NCBI RefSeq assembly: GCF_009914755.1 | Contig: NC_060932.1 | Origin: the human T2T-CHM13v2.0 reference genome, Homo sapiens | Reading direction: 5' to 3' (one strand) | DNA: 64,000 nt | In this document: positions 1 to 10,051 of the stretch, in pieces | How positions within the stretch are numbered: position 1 is the first letter of the stretch | Layout of the letters: the number at the start of each line of letters is the position of its first letter | Notes under the pieces: model-generated | The model's input: only the letters and a program-made list of their open reading frames with translations | What the model was told of the DNA's origin: nothing | Database searches by the model: none | Program-made: the position numbers and the translations under genes

Positions 1-241
1 TTCTAAGGGACACTGTGTGCCAAGTGAAATGGGAGCACTTTATTTACACACCTTGCAGTTCTTCGTCTCCCTGCAGCATCTGGGATCCTCTGCTAGTGAG
101 CACAATGGATCATGATGGGAAACAGAGAAGGGGAAGCAAGAGGTTCCTGGAACTACTCTCCCTCCACATTTTAGGGCATGCACTGACTAAGGATTTGGCC
201 AATCTCTGATCTATCAATGTAAGTGGTGGATCTTGGCTACA

Positions 242-1161
242 TCCCTTCTTGAAAACACATCTTCGTGCTCTGGTTGGAGAACTATGGTGAACCCTGTGGC
301 AGACCTGAGTGCTGGACTTGGTGAAGGGTGCATAGGTCTGAGGGAGGAGTTGGGCAAAGTCTCCATCCTATACAGGCTGAAGCTGAGATTGGCTGGTCTA
401 GGGAATCCCACTGGACTAGGTGTGGTTGGTAAAGGGTAGGGCACAGAGGAGAAAGTATGCAATGCGCAGTAGGATTATTGAAAGAGAAGCGCTGAGCCAA
501 GCAACATGGTTTTCTTCGGATCTCATCAAGGGCTGGTGACATACGGGTTCTGCCTCCCCCTCTTCTGTAGGTGAGCGCGGCACATTGTCTCTTTCATGTC
601 TGAGGTGTCTCTGTCTTGAACATGGAACTCCAAGGTGAAGTCATCCACAGAGTGCTAGATGTAATCGATCTGCAGAGGGAACTGCAGGCCATCCAGTGAC
701 CTCAGGACATGCTCAGGCACAACCACAAATACGCTGTTACCCAGGGTCAGGGCAGGGCTGTCTGTGGGGACAGGATGAGGACATACTCTTCCAGTCTCAG
801 TGTGAGTTCTGTCCCTTGTTCCGGGACCAAGATGATGAACGTCTCTGTGCTGGAATTCTGCTGCTGCTGTGGAACGACAGCCCTTAGTCCACTGCCTTCA
901 AAAAAGACTGCAAATGATGCTCCTGGGGAGGGAGCTGGAGCAGCTTCACCCTCTACAACTTTAAAATACAAATTTCCTCCTAGAAGTGGCAGTCATGCTG
1001 ACCCTGCTGAATGCACCACCACTGGATGTGTCTTGTGGCCTGGAGATTATGCAACATAGTCCAATCTTTGCTATCCATGAACATAGGGAGTTACCTGGGG
1101 TGATTCCAGGCCTGGAATGAATTCATGTGAGGAATTCTTTGAAGTAAGGGTGTTTCTGCAT
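242..1161 (-). pseudogene. 5'-truncated, diverged PRR23D paralogue (exon-3-like 1095-1161, exon-4-like ~242-866)
   Basis: Translates as QQQNSSTETFIILVPEQGTELTLRLEEYVLILSPQTALP* and later PLPTTPSPVGFPRPANLSFSLYRME..., homologous to the intact gene. Exon 3 is 67 nt instead of 68, exon 4 is frameshifted, the ancestral stop codon is mutated, and exons 1-2 are absent (MER4 LTR starts at ~1230). Confidence 0.85.
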
Positions 1162-1229
1162 CTGTGGTGAGACCACAGTGAGGGAGGTTAAGGCTCCCCA
1201 CCTTTTTTTCTTCTTTCTTTCTTTCCAGA

Positions 1230-1690
1230 CACAGGAGATAATCAACAAAGACCAGGCTCCCTTTTAAATCCAATAAGAAACATTTTACAACCTACTCCCT
1301 CTCAAGTCTACTATCTGAAGGTTCCTCTGCACAGTAAAACTTGGCCTCCCCACCTCTTTATCTTAACCTAAACATTTCCTTTCAATAGATCCCTGGTCTT
1401 AGATAAACTCATCCAATTATCAACCAGATAATTTTTAAATCTATCTATAAGCTGGAAGCCCCCCTCCTTCAAGTTGTCCCACTTTTCTGGATCAAATCAA
1501 CGTATTTGTTAAATGCACTTAGTTGAAGTCATGTCTCCCTAAAATGCATAAAACCAAGCTGCACCCTGATCACCTTGGACACACGTTCTCAGAACCTCCT
1601 GAGGGCTGGGTCACACGACATGGTCAATCATATTTGGCTCAGAATAAATATCTCCAAATATTTTGCAGAGTATGACTCTTTTCCTCAACA
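1230..1690 (+). mobile_element. MER4-family ERV1 LTR (3' part)
   Basis: Contains ...ccctaaaatgcataaaaccaagctgcaccctgatcaccttggacacacgttctcagaacctcctgaggg...aataaa...caaca and is homologous to the LTR at 62461-63440. Confidence 0.75.
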
Positions 1691-1778
1691 AGGTCATGAT
1701 GATTAGGGTCAAAATTCACCGATATGAAGGACAGCCCCAATTTCTTGACTCAGAGAAATAAAGCAAGAGAAAACACAT

Positions 1779-1808
1779 GGAGGAGGAGGAGGAGGAGGAG
1801 GAGAAGAA
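1779..1808 (+). repeat. (GAG)n trinucleotide repeat
   Basis: ggaggaggaggaggaggaggaggagaagaa. Confidence 0.9.
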
Positions 1809-2652
1809 CCTGGAGCTCCCGCCTGCCCCTGGGTGAGTCCTGGAGGTGGAAGGAGAGGTACTTGATCCTGAGTTGGCCCCTGCTCCACCTGAAACAGAAC
1901 CCTGGAGTGCCACTCCCTGAATGCGGCCCAGCTCTACCCAGGTTAGACACTCCCTTGCCCTAGAGCCTGGGTCCTCCCTGGCCCCCGCTACCACTGCTTC
2001 CTCAGAGCCCAGGCCCAGTGCACCACATCTGCCTCTGCACGGCTCTGGGAGGGCTGCACCAAGGACAATCTAGTCTCAGAGGGGACTTCCTGGACACAGG
2101 CGGGTCCTGACACCCTGAGGGAACAGAGGAGAATGGCCTTCACAGGGGCTGCTGTCTTGGGGCTCACAGAAGCGGCCTCTCCAGCGACCAGACTCAGAAC
2201 CTACCCAGAGGCCCAGGCTGGTGAGGATGCCCTGGCTGGGCCTTTCATGTGGATGAAGGCAGTTCCCACCTCAGCCAACGTCTAAAACCCCGAGGAGAAT
2301 CAAACCTGAAAGAGTCCCTGTCCTCCTTCCCAGAGGGGAAAGGCAGTTCCTGAAACCTCAGTAGAAGAGAAAATGCTGTGAGGGTTCAAGGGACCAAGGA
2401 CGCCCTTCCCAGGCCAGCAAGGCCAGAGTAGGAGGAAGCTGCACCCACCTCCAGGGGACATGTGAGGTTTTAGAGGCTCAGGCAAGTCAAGGGCAAACGC
2501 CCTGTACTCCCCGCAGGGTCATGAGCACTCCCCACCTACTGGAGTTGGGCTCCAGAAGGCCAGGATATTATCCCTGCATCTCCCCTGCCTCCAGGACTCA
2601 GGCCTGAGCTCCCAGGTTGGCCAGGAAAAGCTAGTGGTAGCTCTAGCTGGCC

Positions 2653-2967
2653 ATGGACATACAGGCTGGGACATGCAGGCCAACAAAGAGGTGCTGGGCC
2701 CTCAAGAGAACTTCTAGACTTCCTAGACACTCCAGAGACACAGAGACGTCCAGGCAGGACAGGGAGAGCCTGGAAGCAGCTGTGAGCAAGTGCAGGTGCC
2801 CGTCCCAACACACAGAGCTAAGCTCTGTTCAACCATTTGCTAAGCCAGACCCATCCCAGGGCCCAGAGGTGCAAACAGTGACCCCACTCAGGACTTGGAA
2901 GGAGGAGCACAGGAAAAGCCCCAAATTGGCCAAAAAAACTGTCAGAAATGTGGCAGTTATTTCATAA
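2653..2967 (+). other. Candidate 104-codon small ORF, copy A (coding status unproven)
   Basis: gccATGG Kozak context, acceptor at 2593-2594, AATAAA at 2978-2983. Same length in copy B. Confidence 0.25.
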
Positions 2968-3461
2968 GTACATGAATAATAAACCCAAACAATGGAAAAC
3001 AAAACTAAACAAAGGCAAATGTGAATGGAAACGTGATGAGTGAGAGCAGGAGAGTGTCTCAGTTGGAAGCAAGCACAGCAGTCACCACTACTTCATTCAA
3101 TGACGTCAAGATTTATTCAAAAGCATTGGCCTGGGGAGTGTAGGGAACCTGGACTAAGACAAGGAATGGGGCACAGCTTGGAGAAAAAGGGGAGAGTCTC
3201 AGGGCAGAAATAGAGCATCAGCCTTAGGAATTATTTATTGTGGCATCAGACCAATGACTACAAGGACATCAGCATGCAAGGGGCGGTGTTAGCCCCCGGG
3301 AGTGAGCAGCTGTCTTCAGATGAACTTTCAGACCACGTCATGCTGGAAGCAGAACTCTCACATGGAGCAGTCAGGGATTTGATTGAGTGTGGTTGGATGT
3401 ATGTGCTTAAATAGGAAGAGAAAGTCTAAGGGACAGTGTGTGTGAAGTGAAATGTGAATGT

Positions 3462-3467
3462 TTTATT
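3462..3467 (-). terminator. PRR23D polyadenylation signal (further AATAAA at 3234-3239 and 3112-3117)
   Basis: tttatt on the + strand ~200 nt past the stop. Same position in all three paralogues (39-44, 18034-18039). Confidence 0.6.
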
Positions 3468-3661
3468 TGAACTCCCTGCAGTTCTCCCCCTCCCTGCAGC
3501 ATCTGGGACCCTCCGCTGTTGAAGACAGTGGTTGATGATGGGGAACAGCAAAGGGCAAGCAAGTGGTCAAATTACTTTCTCTCCACATTTCAGAGAATGC
3601 ACTGACTAAGGATCTGGACAATCTCTGACCTATCAATGCAGGGGGTGGCTCTTGGGTTAAA

Positions 3662-4294
3662 TCACTTCCTAAAGAGACATCTCCGTGCCCTGCTGGGAGG
3701 CCTATGGTGAACCCTGTGATAGACCTGGGGACCAGGACTTGGTGAAGGGGGCATAGGTCTGAGGGAGGAGGTGCACAAGAGCTCCATACCATGCAGGCTG
3801 AAACTGGAGTCGGCTGGTCTAGGGCGTCCCACAGGACTAGGTGTGGGTGGTAGAGGGTAGCATTGGGGGAAGGCTGCCCGACAGCGTGGAATGCACAATG
3901 GGGTTACTAGGAAAGAAGGGCTGATCCCAGCCATGTGGTTTGCTTGGGGTATCATCAAGGGCTGCTGATACAGGGGTGCTGCCTTCCCTTCTTCTGCAGG
4001 TGAAAAAGGCACATTCTCTCTTCTCATGTCTGAGATGTCTCCATCTTGAGCATGGAACTCCAAGCTGAAGTCATCAACGGAAGGTGTGATGTACTGGATC
4101 TGCACAGGGGACTGCAGGCCATCTTCTGACCTCAGGACATGCTCAGGGACAATCACAAGGACTGTGTTCTCCAGGGTCAGCTGCAGCACTGTCTCTGGGG
4201 CCAAGATGAGGATGACCTCTTCCAGGCTCAACCTCACTTCTGTCCCTTGTTCCAGGACTATCATGAGCTCCTCAGTGCCAGAATCCTGCTGATT
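3662..4294 (-). CDS. PRR23D2: PRR23D coding exon 4 (210 aa + stop)
   Basis: Acceptor tttccacag|AATCAG, then open to TGA at 3662-3664. Confidence 0.9.
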   Translation of the reverse strand, partial: NQQDSGTEELMIVLEQGTEVRLSLEEVILILAPETVLQLTLENTVLVIVPEHVLRSEDGLQSPVQIQYITPSVDDFSLEFHAQDGDISDMRRENVPFSPAEEGKAAPLYQQPLMIPQANHMAGISPSFLVTPLCIPRCRAAFPQCYPLPPTPSPVGRPRPADSSFSLHGMELLCTSSLRPMPPSPSPGPQVYHRVHHRPPSRARRCLFRK

Positions 4295-5737
4295 CTGTGG
4301 AAAGACAGTCCTCAGTATTCTGCCCTCCAAAAAGGCTGCAAATGATGCTCATGGGGAGGGAGATGCCAGGAGCTTCACCCTTTACAACTTTAAAATACAA
4401 ACTCCCTCCCAGAATTGGTGCTCATGCCAATCCACCTAAATATACATCCACTGGATGTCCCTTGAACCTGAAGATTGTGCAGCACTATCCAATCTTTGCT
4501 ATGCAAGGACACAGGAACTTACCTGGGGAAGTTCCAGGGACTGGTATGAATTCAGGTGTGGAGCTCCTGAAATTGAGGGTTTTTTTGCACCTGCAGAGAG
4601 ACCACAGTGAGGGAGGTTAAGGCTCTCTTCCAGCAAGAGTCTCTTGCATTTCAGAATGTGACCTTCAGAAATCCACCACCCAGCACTGGCCAGCCTCAGG
4701 ACACCAGCCCCCAACAGTCAAGCACGACTTTCCACTCACCCTGCAGAAAGCACCCTCTCCATTTATGGTATCATGAGACATGACACTGACTTCCAGGCAT
4801 GGGAATCTTAAAAAATATTAGGGAAAGTGCCTTACCTGTACTGGGACCCTGCTCCACTTGGCGACGTTTGGGTGGATTCATTTGTGTGGTAGCCAAACTG
4901 CAGGACAGAAAGGGACCCATCAATCTTCCACATAGTGACACAAAGTCCAATTCTCACAAGCCCCAAACTTCATTAGTCATCCGGCACACATTGCTGCTGT
5001 GGCCCAAAATCACATGCACTTGTGTTCAGCTCCAAATCCTACCTGCATCCAGAAAGTCCTAACACTCATATCCCACCCTCTCCTTTTCTAGAGGCTTTTC
5101 CTATCGGTGCATGTGTGTGATAAGACATGGCGATCACAGGAAACAGTTTGCTTTTTCAGGAGCTCATCCACATGAGAAGGAGGGACATCAAATTTGGCCC
5201 GAGGACTTTAGGAGAAGATGCTGATGTTCCGGGTATCTAACCCCTGTGTCTATGCAGTTACAGTGTGAATGGAGTGATAAATGACATGAAATGTTCCATT
5301 TTCTAGTGAGCACAAGGAAAAAATTTAGATCATGCCCACAGTTTACCTGTCTCCACACAAGAGGCAACTTCTGTTTACCCAGAGGACAGAGATTAACAAT
5401 GGGAAGAAACATGAGATGAGCCCCCTGACAGGCTGCAGAAACCCCCCATGCTGGCTGCATCCTGTGGCCTCCACTGTGGGTCTCATGTCTCCCCAGTGTG
5501 TTCTAAATTTATAACATTCAATGTCATGGCAGGCCAGGGTGTCTTCTCTGCCCTAGTTTGGCCCTTTAGCATACATTCACACACACACACACACATACAG
5601 TCACACACAGTCACATGTCAACCTCCTGGCAACCCAAAGTAGCCACATACTCCAACATACCTGGTCTCTCCTTCATTGTCATTCTGCGGTTCTGTCTGGG
5701 AATCTCTGGGGCTTCTTAAGCGCCGGTAACCATACAT
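3662..5737 (-). CDS. PRR23D2: Proline-rich 23 domain-containing protein PRR23D1/PRR23D2, 279 aa; CDS join complement(5661-5737, 4836-4897, 4523-4590, 3662-4294)
   Basis: 77+62+68+633 = 840 nt, all GT-AG introns. MYGYRRLRSPRDSQTEPQNDNEGETSLATTQMNPPKRRQVEQGPSTGAKKPSISGAPHLNSYQSLELPQNQQDSGTEEL...RPPSRARRCLFRK*. D1 vs D2 is inferred only from orientation relative to the defensins. Confidence 0.9.
5578..5596. repeat. (CA)n microsatellite in PRR23D intron 1
   Basis: cacacacacacacacacat. Confidence 0.8.
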
Positions 5738-5957
5738 GGTAAAAGTTCTCTGGACTTGCTTGTGTCAAAAAAATCTCAATCTTTGGCCTATTTTCTGTAA
5801 ATCTATATAGTTCGTGCCTTGATCTTTTACTCTACCTGGAGAAAAATTATCAGCCTCTAGCACAGCACAGCCAGAGCATGGAAGAGTGTGTCCTGGCCTG
5901 GGACCGGTCAAATGGTGCTTTGGTAGAGTGAGCTCTTGGGGAAATCCTCCAAGGGTC

Positions 5958-6111
5958 TTATAAGAGGTGGAGCCATGGGATTTGTCAAAATGGATGAATG
6001 TGATTGGCTAGTGGTGCTGATTAAACAACATGAAGGGCCAGCATGGGAGTGGTTTTATCAAAACTCAGTCAATATTAGTGTGACCCAGTCAGAATTAGCC
6101 TAATTCAATCA
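5958..6111 (-). promoter_or_regulatory. PRR23D promoter: TATA-like (5958-5963), CCAAT (~6003-6007), DUX4-type motif TAATTCAATCA (6101-6111)
   Basis: Motifs read directly. All three are positionally conserved in copy B (~20599, ~20646, 20740-20750). Confidence 0.6.
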
Positions 6112-6289
6112 AAATTAATTCAAGATCTCTACTCTGATTCACCATATAATTGTGACATAAAATAACAGTATTTTAAACTAGCAATATTTACTTTCTATTG
6201 TAGTCTGTTCATTAATTTGGTAGGACAGTTATTTTCTGTAAAGTTCATGTGTACGTCGTTTCTTAGTAAACATAAAGGATTGGGTCTAG

Positions 6290-6585
6290 GAAACTTTAAA
6301 TATGCCACAATTTGTATATACTCAAGTCCCTTGTATAAAACGGCGTAGAATTTGAATATAACATAATCACATTAATTTATATAATTTAAATGATCTCTAG
6401 ATTACTTACAATACTTAATGCAATGCCCAGACGTCACGTCATTTATGTGAACTCAAAAAGAATGTGATGCATGGAAAATTTAAAGTTTCTTTGAAGAAAC
6501 TTGTGCAAATCTTTTGTGAATATTTTCTATTCAAGATTAGTTGGATCCATGAATATGGAACCTATGGATGTGGAGGGCTGACAGT
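6290..6585. mobile_element. MER2-like Tigger/TcMar DNA transposon remnant (copy at ~20930-21240)
   Basis: Typical terminus ...gttggatccatgaatatggaacctatggatgtggagggctgacagta. Confidence 0.65.
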
Positions 6586-8019
6586 ATTTTTAAATAAAAA
6601 AAAATACGTTATTTTAAGTGAATTAAGTTTTAAAATGAATCTCCTGGGGAAAGTTATCCAAACAGAAGAAGCGAATACTATAAGACAAGCTGGGGAAAAT
6701 ACAAAAAGAACCTTTACTTAATTTCTAATATATCATTGTGTATTAATCTGTCTGTTAATTTATTTCTTGCCTGTATCCCCGCTGGACTAATTTCAGAATT
6801 GTAATGCAAGTTTTGCTTTCAACATTACTTATTAATTACAAATCCATCATTCTTATTGGCAAAGTCACCTAAACTTCTTGCAGGTGGCCAGACACCATAT
6901 GCCTGAACTCAGAATTAGTCATTTTAAGATTAAAAATTATTTGACAGTATAAAGAATAATAGATGGTATTGGGGGAAAACAGTAATCCAGTAATCACTAG
7001 AACTGAACTAGAAGGAAAATCTGTGAGGGTGCACCATTACTGAGCGTGCCATCTCTAACAGGCCCCTGAGCTCAGGGCTTCATCCTCTCTCTAGAACTTG
7101 TATAAATTTGTTTGTGGATTCTCTTTGCATTTAGCTGATAATTTCATCAGTTTTATTAGGTGAAGTATAGACCCTGTTTCCCTTAAATGTTAAAAAAAAA
7201 TTGAATCTAATTAGCAGATGCCTTTTGCACTGAAGCTTTCTTCTCCAGTTAGATAAATCATTTAGATGAATAAAAGGAAAACAGGAAGATTCCTTTAATT
7301 TTGCCAATGTCTTAAAAGCCTCCAAGGGGAACATTAGTGCCTTTATCCAGAGAACTCTCTGCTTTGGGGATTTTGATAATTTCTGAGGAGAACAGCAGGT
7401 AATTAGCTGAATATCAGCTGCAGTTATAAAATTGGATTAATTGCCTACATTCTTTCTGGCTGCGGGGTTCAGGTTGAGATATTCAAGAAATAGCCTCTAT
7501 TGATGATTCTGGAGTATGTATATTTTACAGTCAAGAAAGAGAAAGGCTCCTCATGGTGAGTTTCTGTGTGTCACGTCTAGCTGAAAACCTATGGACTGCA
7601 AACCAGTACAAGAATAAAAATATGAGGGACGTGCCAAATATATATTCTACCTTTATAATCGCTTTGATTATAAACCAAATGTTTTAATAGATAAATTAAT
7701 AAATTTGCAGCATAAATGTCTCAGGATATATCCTGCAGCACAGAATAATAACTTATTTTTGAAGAAATATTTAAGCAATATGTTTTCATTTGGGGTAGAA
7801 ACTATTTTTCACAAAAGTGTAGCTTTCCCCTTGCATGTGTAATGAAAATCACTTTTAAATCTGCAGTGCTAGGGTAAAATTAAAGACGTGGCTCTTGCCG
7901 TTTTAATAGCAACAATTAAAGGATGCATTAGTGCCCCTCCCTTTCATTGTCTCACTATTTTTCAGTGAATTTGGCACTGTAGGAAAGATGAGCCCCTCAC
8001 AATGTGGAAATGCAGGGAT

Positions 8020-8660
8020 GCAGAGTGCGGGGTTTCCCTGCAGGGGCCCCTTTCTCGCGAGCTGCGCGACAGTGCGCCGCCGTGCCCCGGCCACATACTC
8101 CTTCCTCTGCAGGGTCCCCGTATTCTGTAGATTTTCCTCACAATTCTTCTTGTGTTTCTCCTCATAATGAATCCTGACAGAGGTTGCGAGGAAGGCACAT
8201 TACGGCCTGCTATGGTTATCAATGAAAATCCCTAAGGAATACGTAGATTTGTAAAATAATTCTTGCTAATATATCCCAACAGACAGTGCAGAAGAAAACA
8301 CGTAGGAACAGCCCAGAACATTAAGTCTTTAGTGCTGTTTCAGAAAAATATCCGGGAGACGCGCAGGGAATCTCACTCCTCATCAGGTAGGGCTGTGAAC
8401 AGCAGCGTTTTCCTTAAGATGGATGCAGCCCCATTTGCCCCAAAGCCAGGGCGGCGCCTCCTCCTCCCTGGCCTGAGGAAGGGAAGTTCCCTTCTTCCTT
8501 GGCGATCTGGCCCCGCTTCCGCAAGCAGAATGCGCATGCGCCCCGCACGACCAGAAAGCGAGTTCCATTGCCCTCTGCCGGCTATGGGCTTGCAGCGCGG
8601 GACTCTTGGCCTTCACTGTTTAGCGGTTGACCTGCGTCTGTATCGCTGAAATTCCGGTTT
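8020..8660. promoter_or_regulatory. CpG-rich element with NRF1 motif (TGCGCATGCG, 8531-8540)
   Basis: Local CpG enrichment. The motif is retained in copy B at ~23935-23944. Confidence 0.5.
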
Positions 8661-10051
8661 TATCAGTACCTTCCTTTTGGAAGATCAAATGCAAATGGAG
8701 CACGGTATCTTTTTTCTTTTTCTTTTTTTTTTATGAAAGAGGGTGGAAATAAAGAAGCAAAGTCCAAAGACCGTATAAAATAGTCTGTTGATTCCCTGTA
8801 TGTGGAGGAAAGAGGAGCTCGAATAAGAGAAACATTCTGTGTGATGCTTTAATGCCAGAGATCTGCCACTATGCATTTGTCAAATACAATACAATTTTAC
8901 AGCACAAATAGTACATCTTAGTGGGTCAGGATTACAGCAAATGACATCTAAAATTTGGAGAACATTACATATTTAATTAAATAGGTCAAAGTATAAACAA
9001 TGTGAGGCCTGCCTGGACACAGTCTCTGCCCGTCCTTCCAGATTGTCATGGGCTTGAATTGATGTCTCCTCATCCTCACACAGGAATTGACATAAACCCT
9101 GGCTTTAACGTAAAAACAGTTGGGCAGATTTGTAAACATTATGATGTTTCACTTTCACCCATGAATTAGCCAATTTAATTGGCCTCAGTAAAGTCTATGA
9201 TTTTGGGATTGTGCAGTTTGGTAAAAGCTCAAAGTCCTCTCAGTATATTTCCTGGGACCACTTCTCCTTGATATTTAGATTCAGTACTGAGATTTGTTGA
9301 AGCACAATATGTATCCAAGCCCGAGTCAAAGCAGAGGATGCCTGCTGGTCAGAAGATTCATTTTGCTTGTGGAAAAGTCCATTGCATTTGATATAAAAGG
9401 GCTTGCATGGTGACTGAGAAGTTAGGGTGTTTTAGTTTGCTGGTGCTTTATCTGCTAGGCTATAGTAAGGGGAGCAATGCTGTGTCCTTCTCTGTGTCAT
9501 AACGCAATTACTCACTTGAATGAAAAGTGGGATGTCATGAGATGAATTCCTTTTCCCTCTTTGGGAGGCTTTAGGAACAAAATCTCAAGAGTTTTCTGAG
9601 GGATACAAGAGCAGGGCTGCCTGACTCTCTGCCCCGGGAGCTGTTCATGGGCAGAGACGAGGGCTGGGGTCATCCAATGGTTTATACAAGGTGTCTTTGA
9701 TATTACTCCCATTTCCCTGCTAAATCTGTGTAATGGCTCATTGAGAAACCCGGCATGAAGATCCCTGTTTTGACAACTCCAGGGATGGATGGAGACAAAT
9801 ATTTTTGTTGGAAGTTAGAATTAGGGGACATGGGCTGTGCGGCAAAAATAAAAAACTCTTGAAGAAGGCAGGGACTCGAAGAAAGGGGTGGAATTTCTGC
9901 CCACATGCCAAAGAGTGCAGAAGGAATTCTAAGTGTTAGAGCAGCATCAGTAAAACTAGATCTTGTACAACATATTACATTTTTCAGGAACAGGCTATAT
10001 TGTTTCAATATTTGCAAGTATTGTTCTCTTAAAAAACTTGAGGAGTTGCTT

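Larger units (their letters stand above)
1560..10050. repeat. Segmental duplication unit A (paralogous to 16095-25410)
   Basis: Colinear similarity throughout, e.g. 2653 vs 17226, 3662 vs 18237, 5737 vs 20390, 8531 vs 23935, ~10050 vs ~25410. Confidence 0.93.

Noticed and set aside
4295-4330. N-terminus MEGRILRTVFPQ of the 222-aa ORF in the track
   Set aside because: Intronic read-through upstream of the exon 4 acceptor (non-ATG start). The real start is at 5737.
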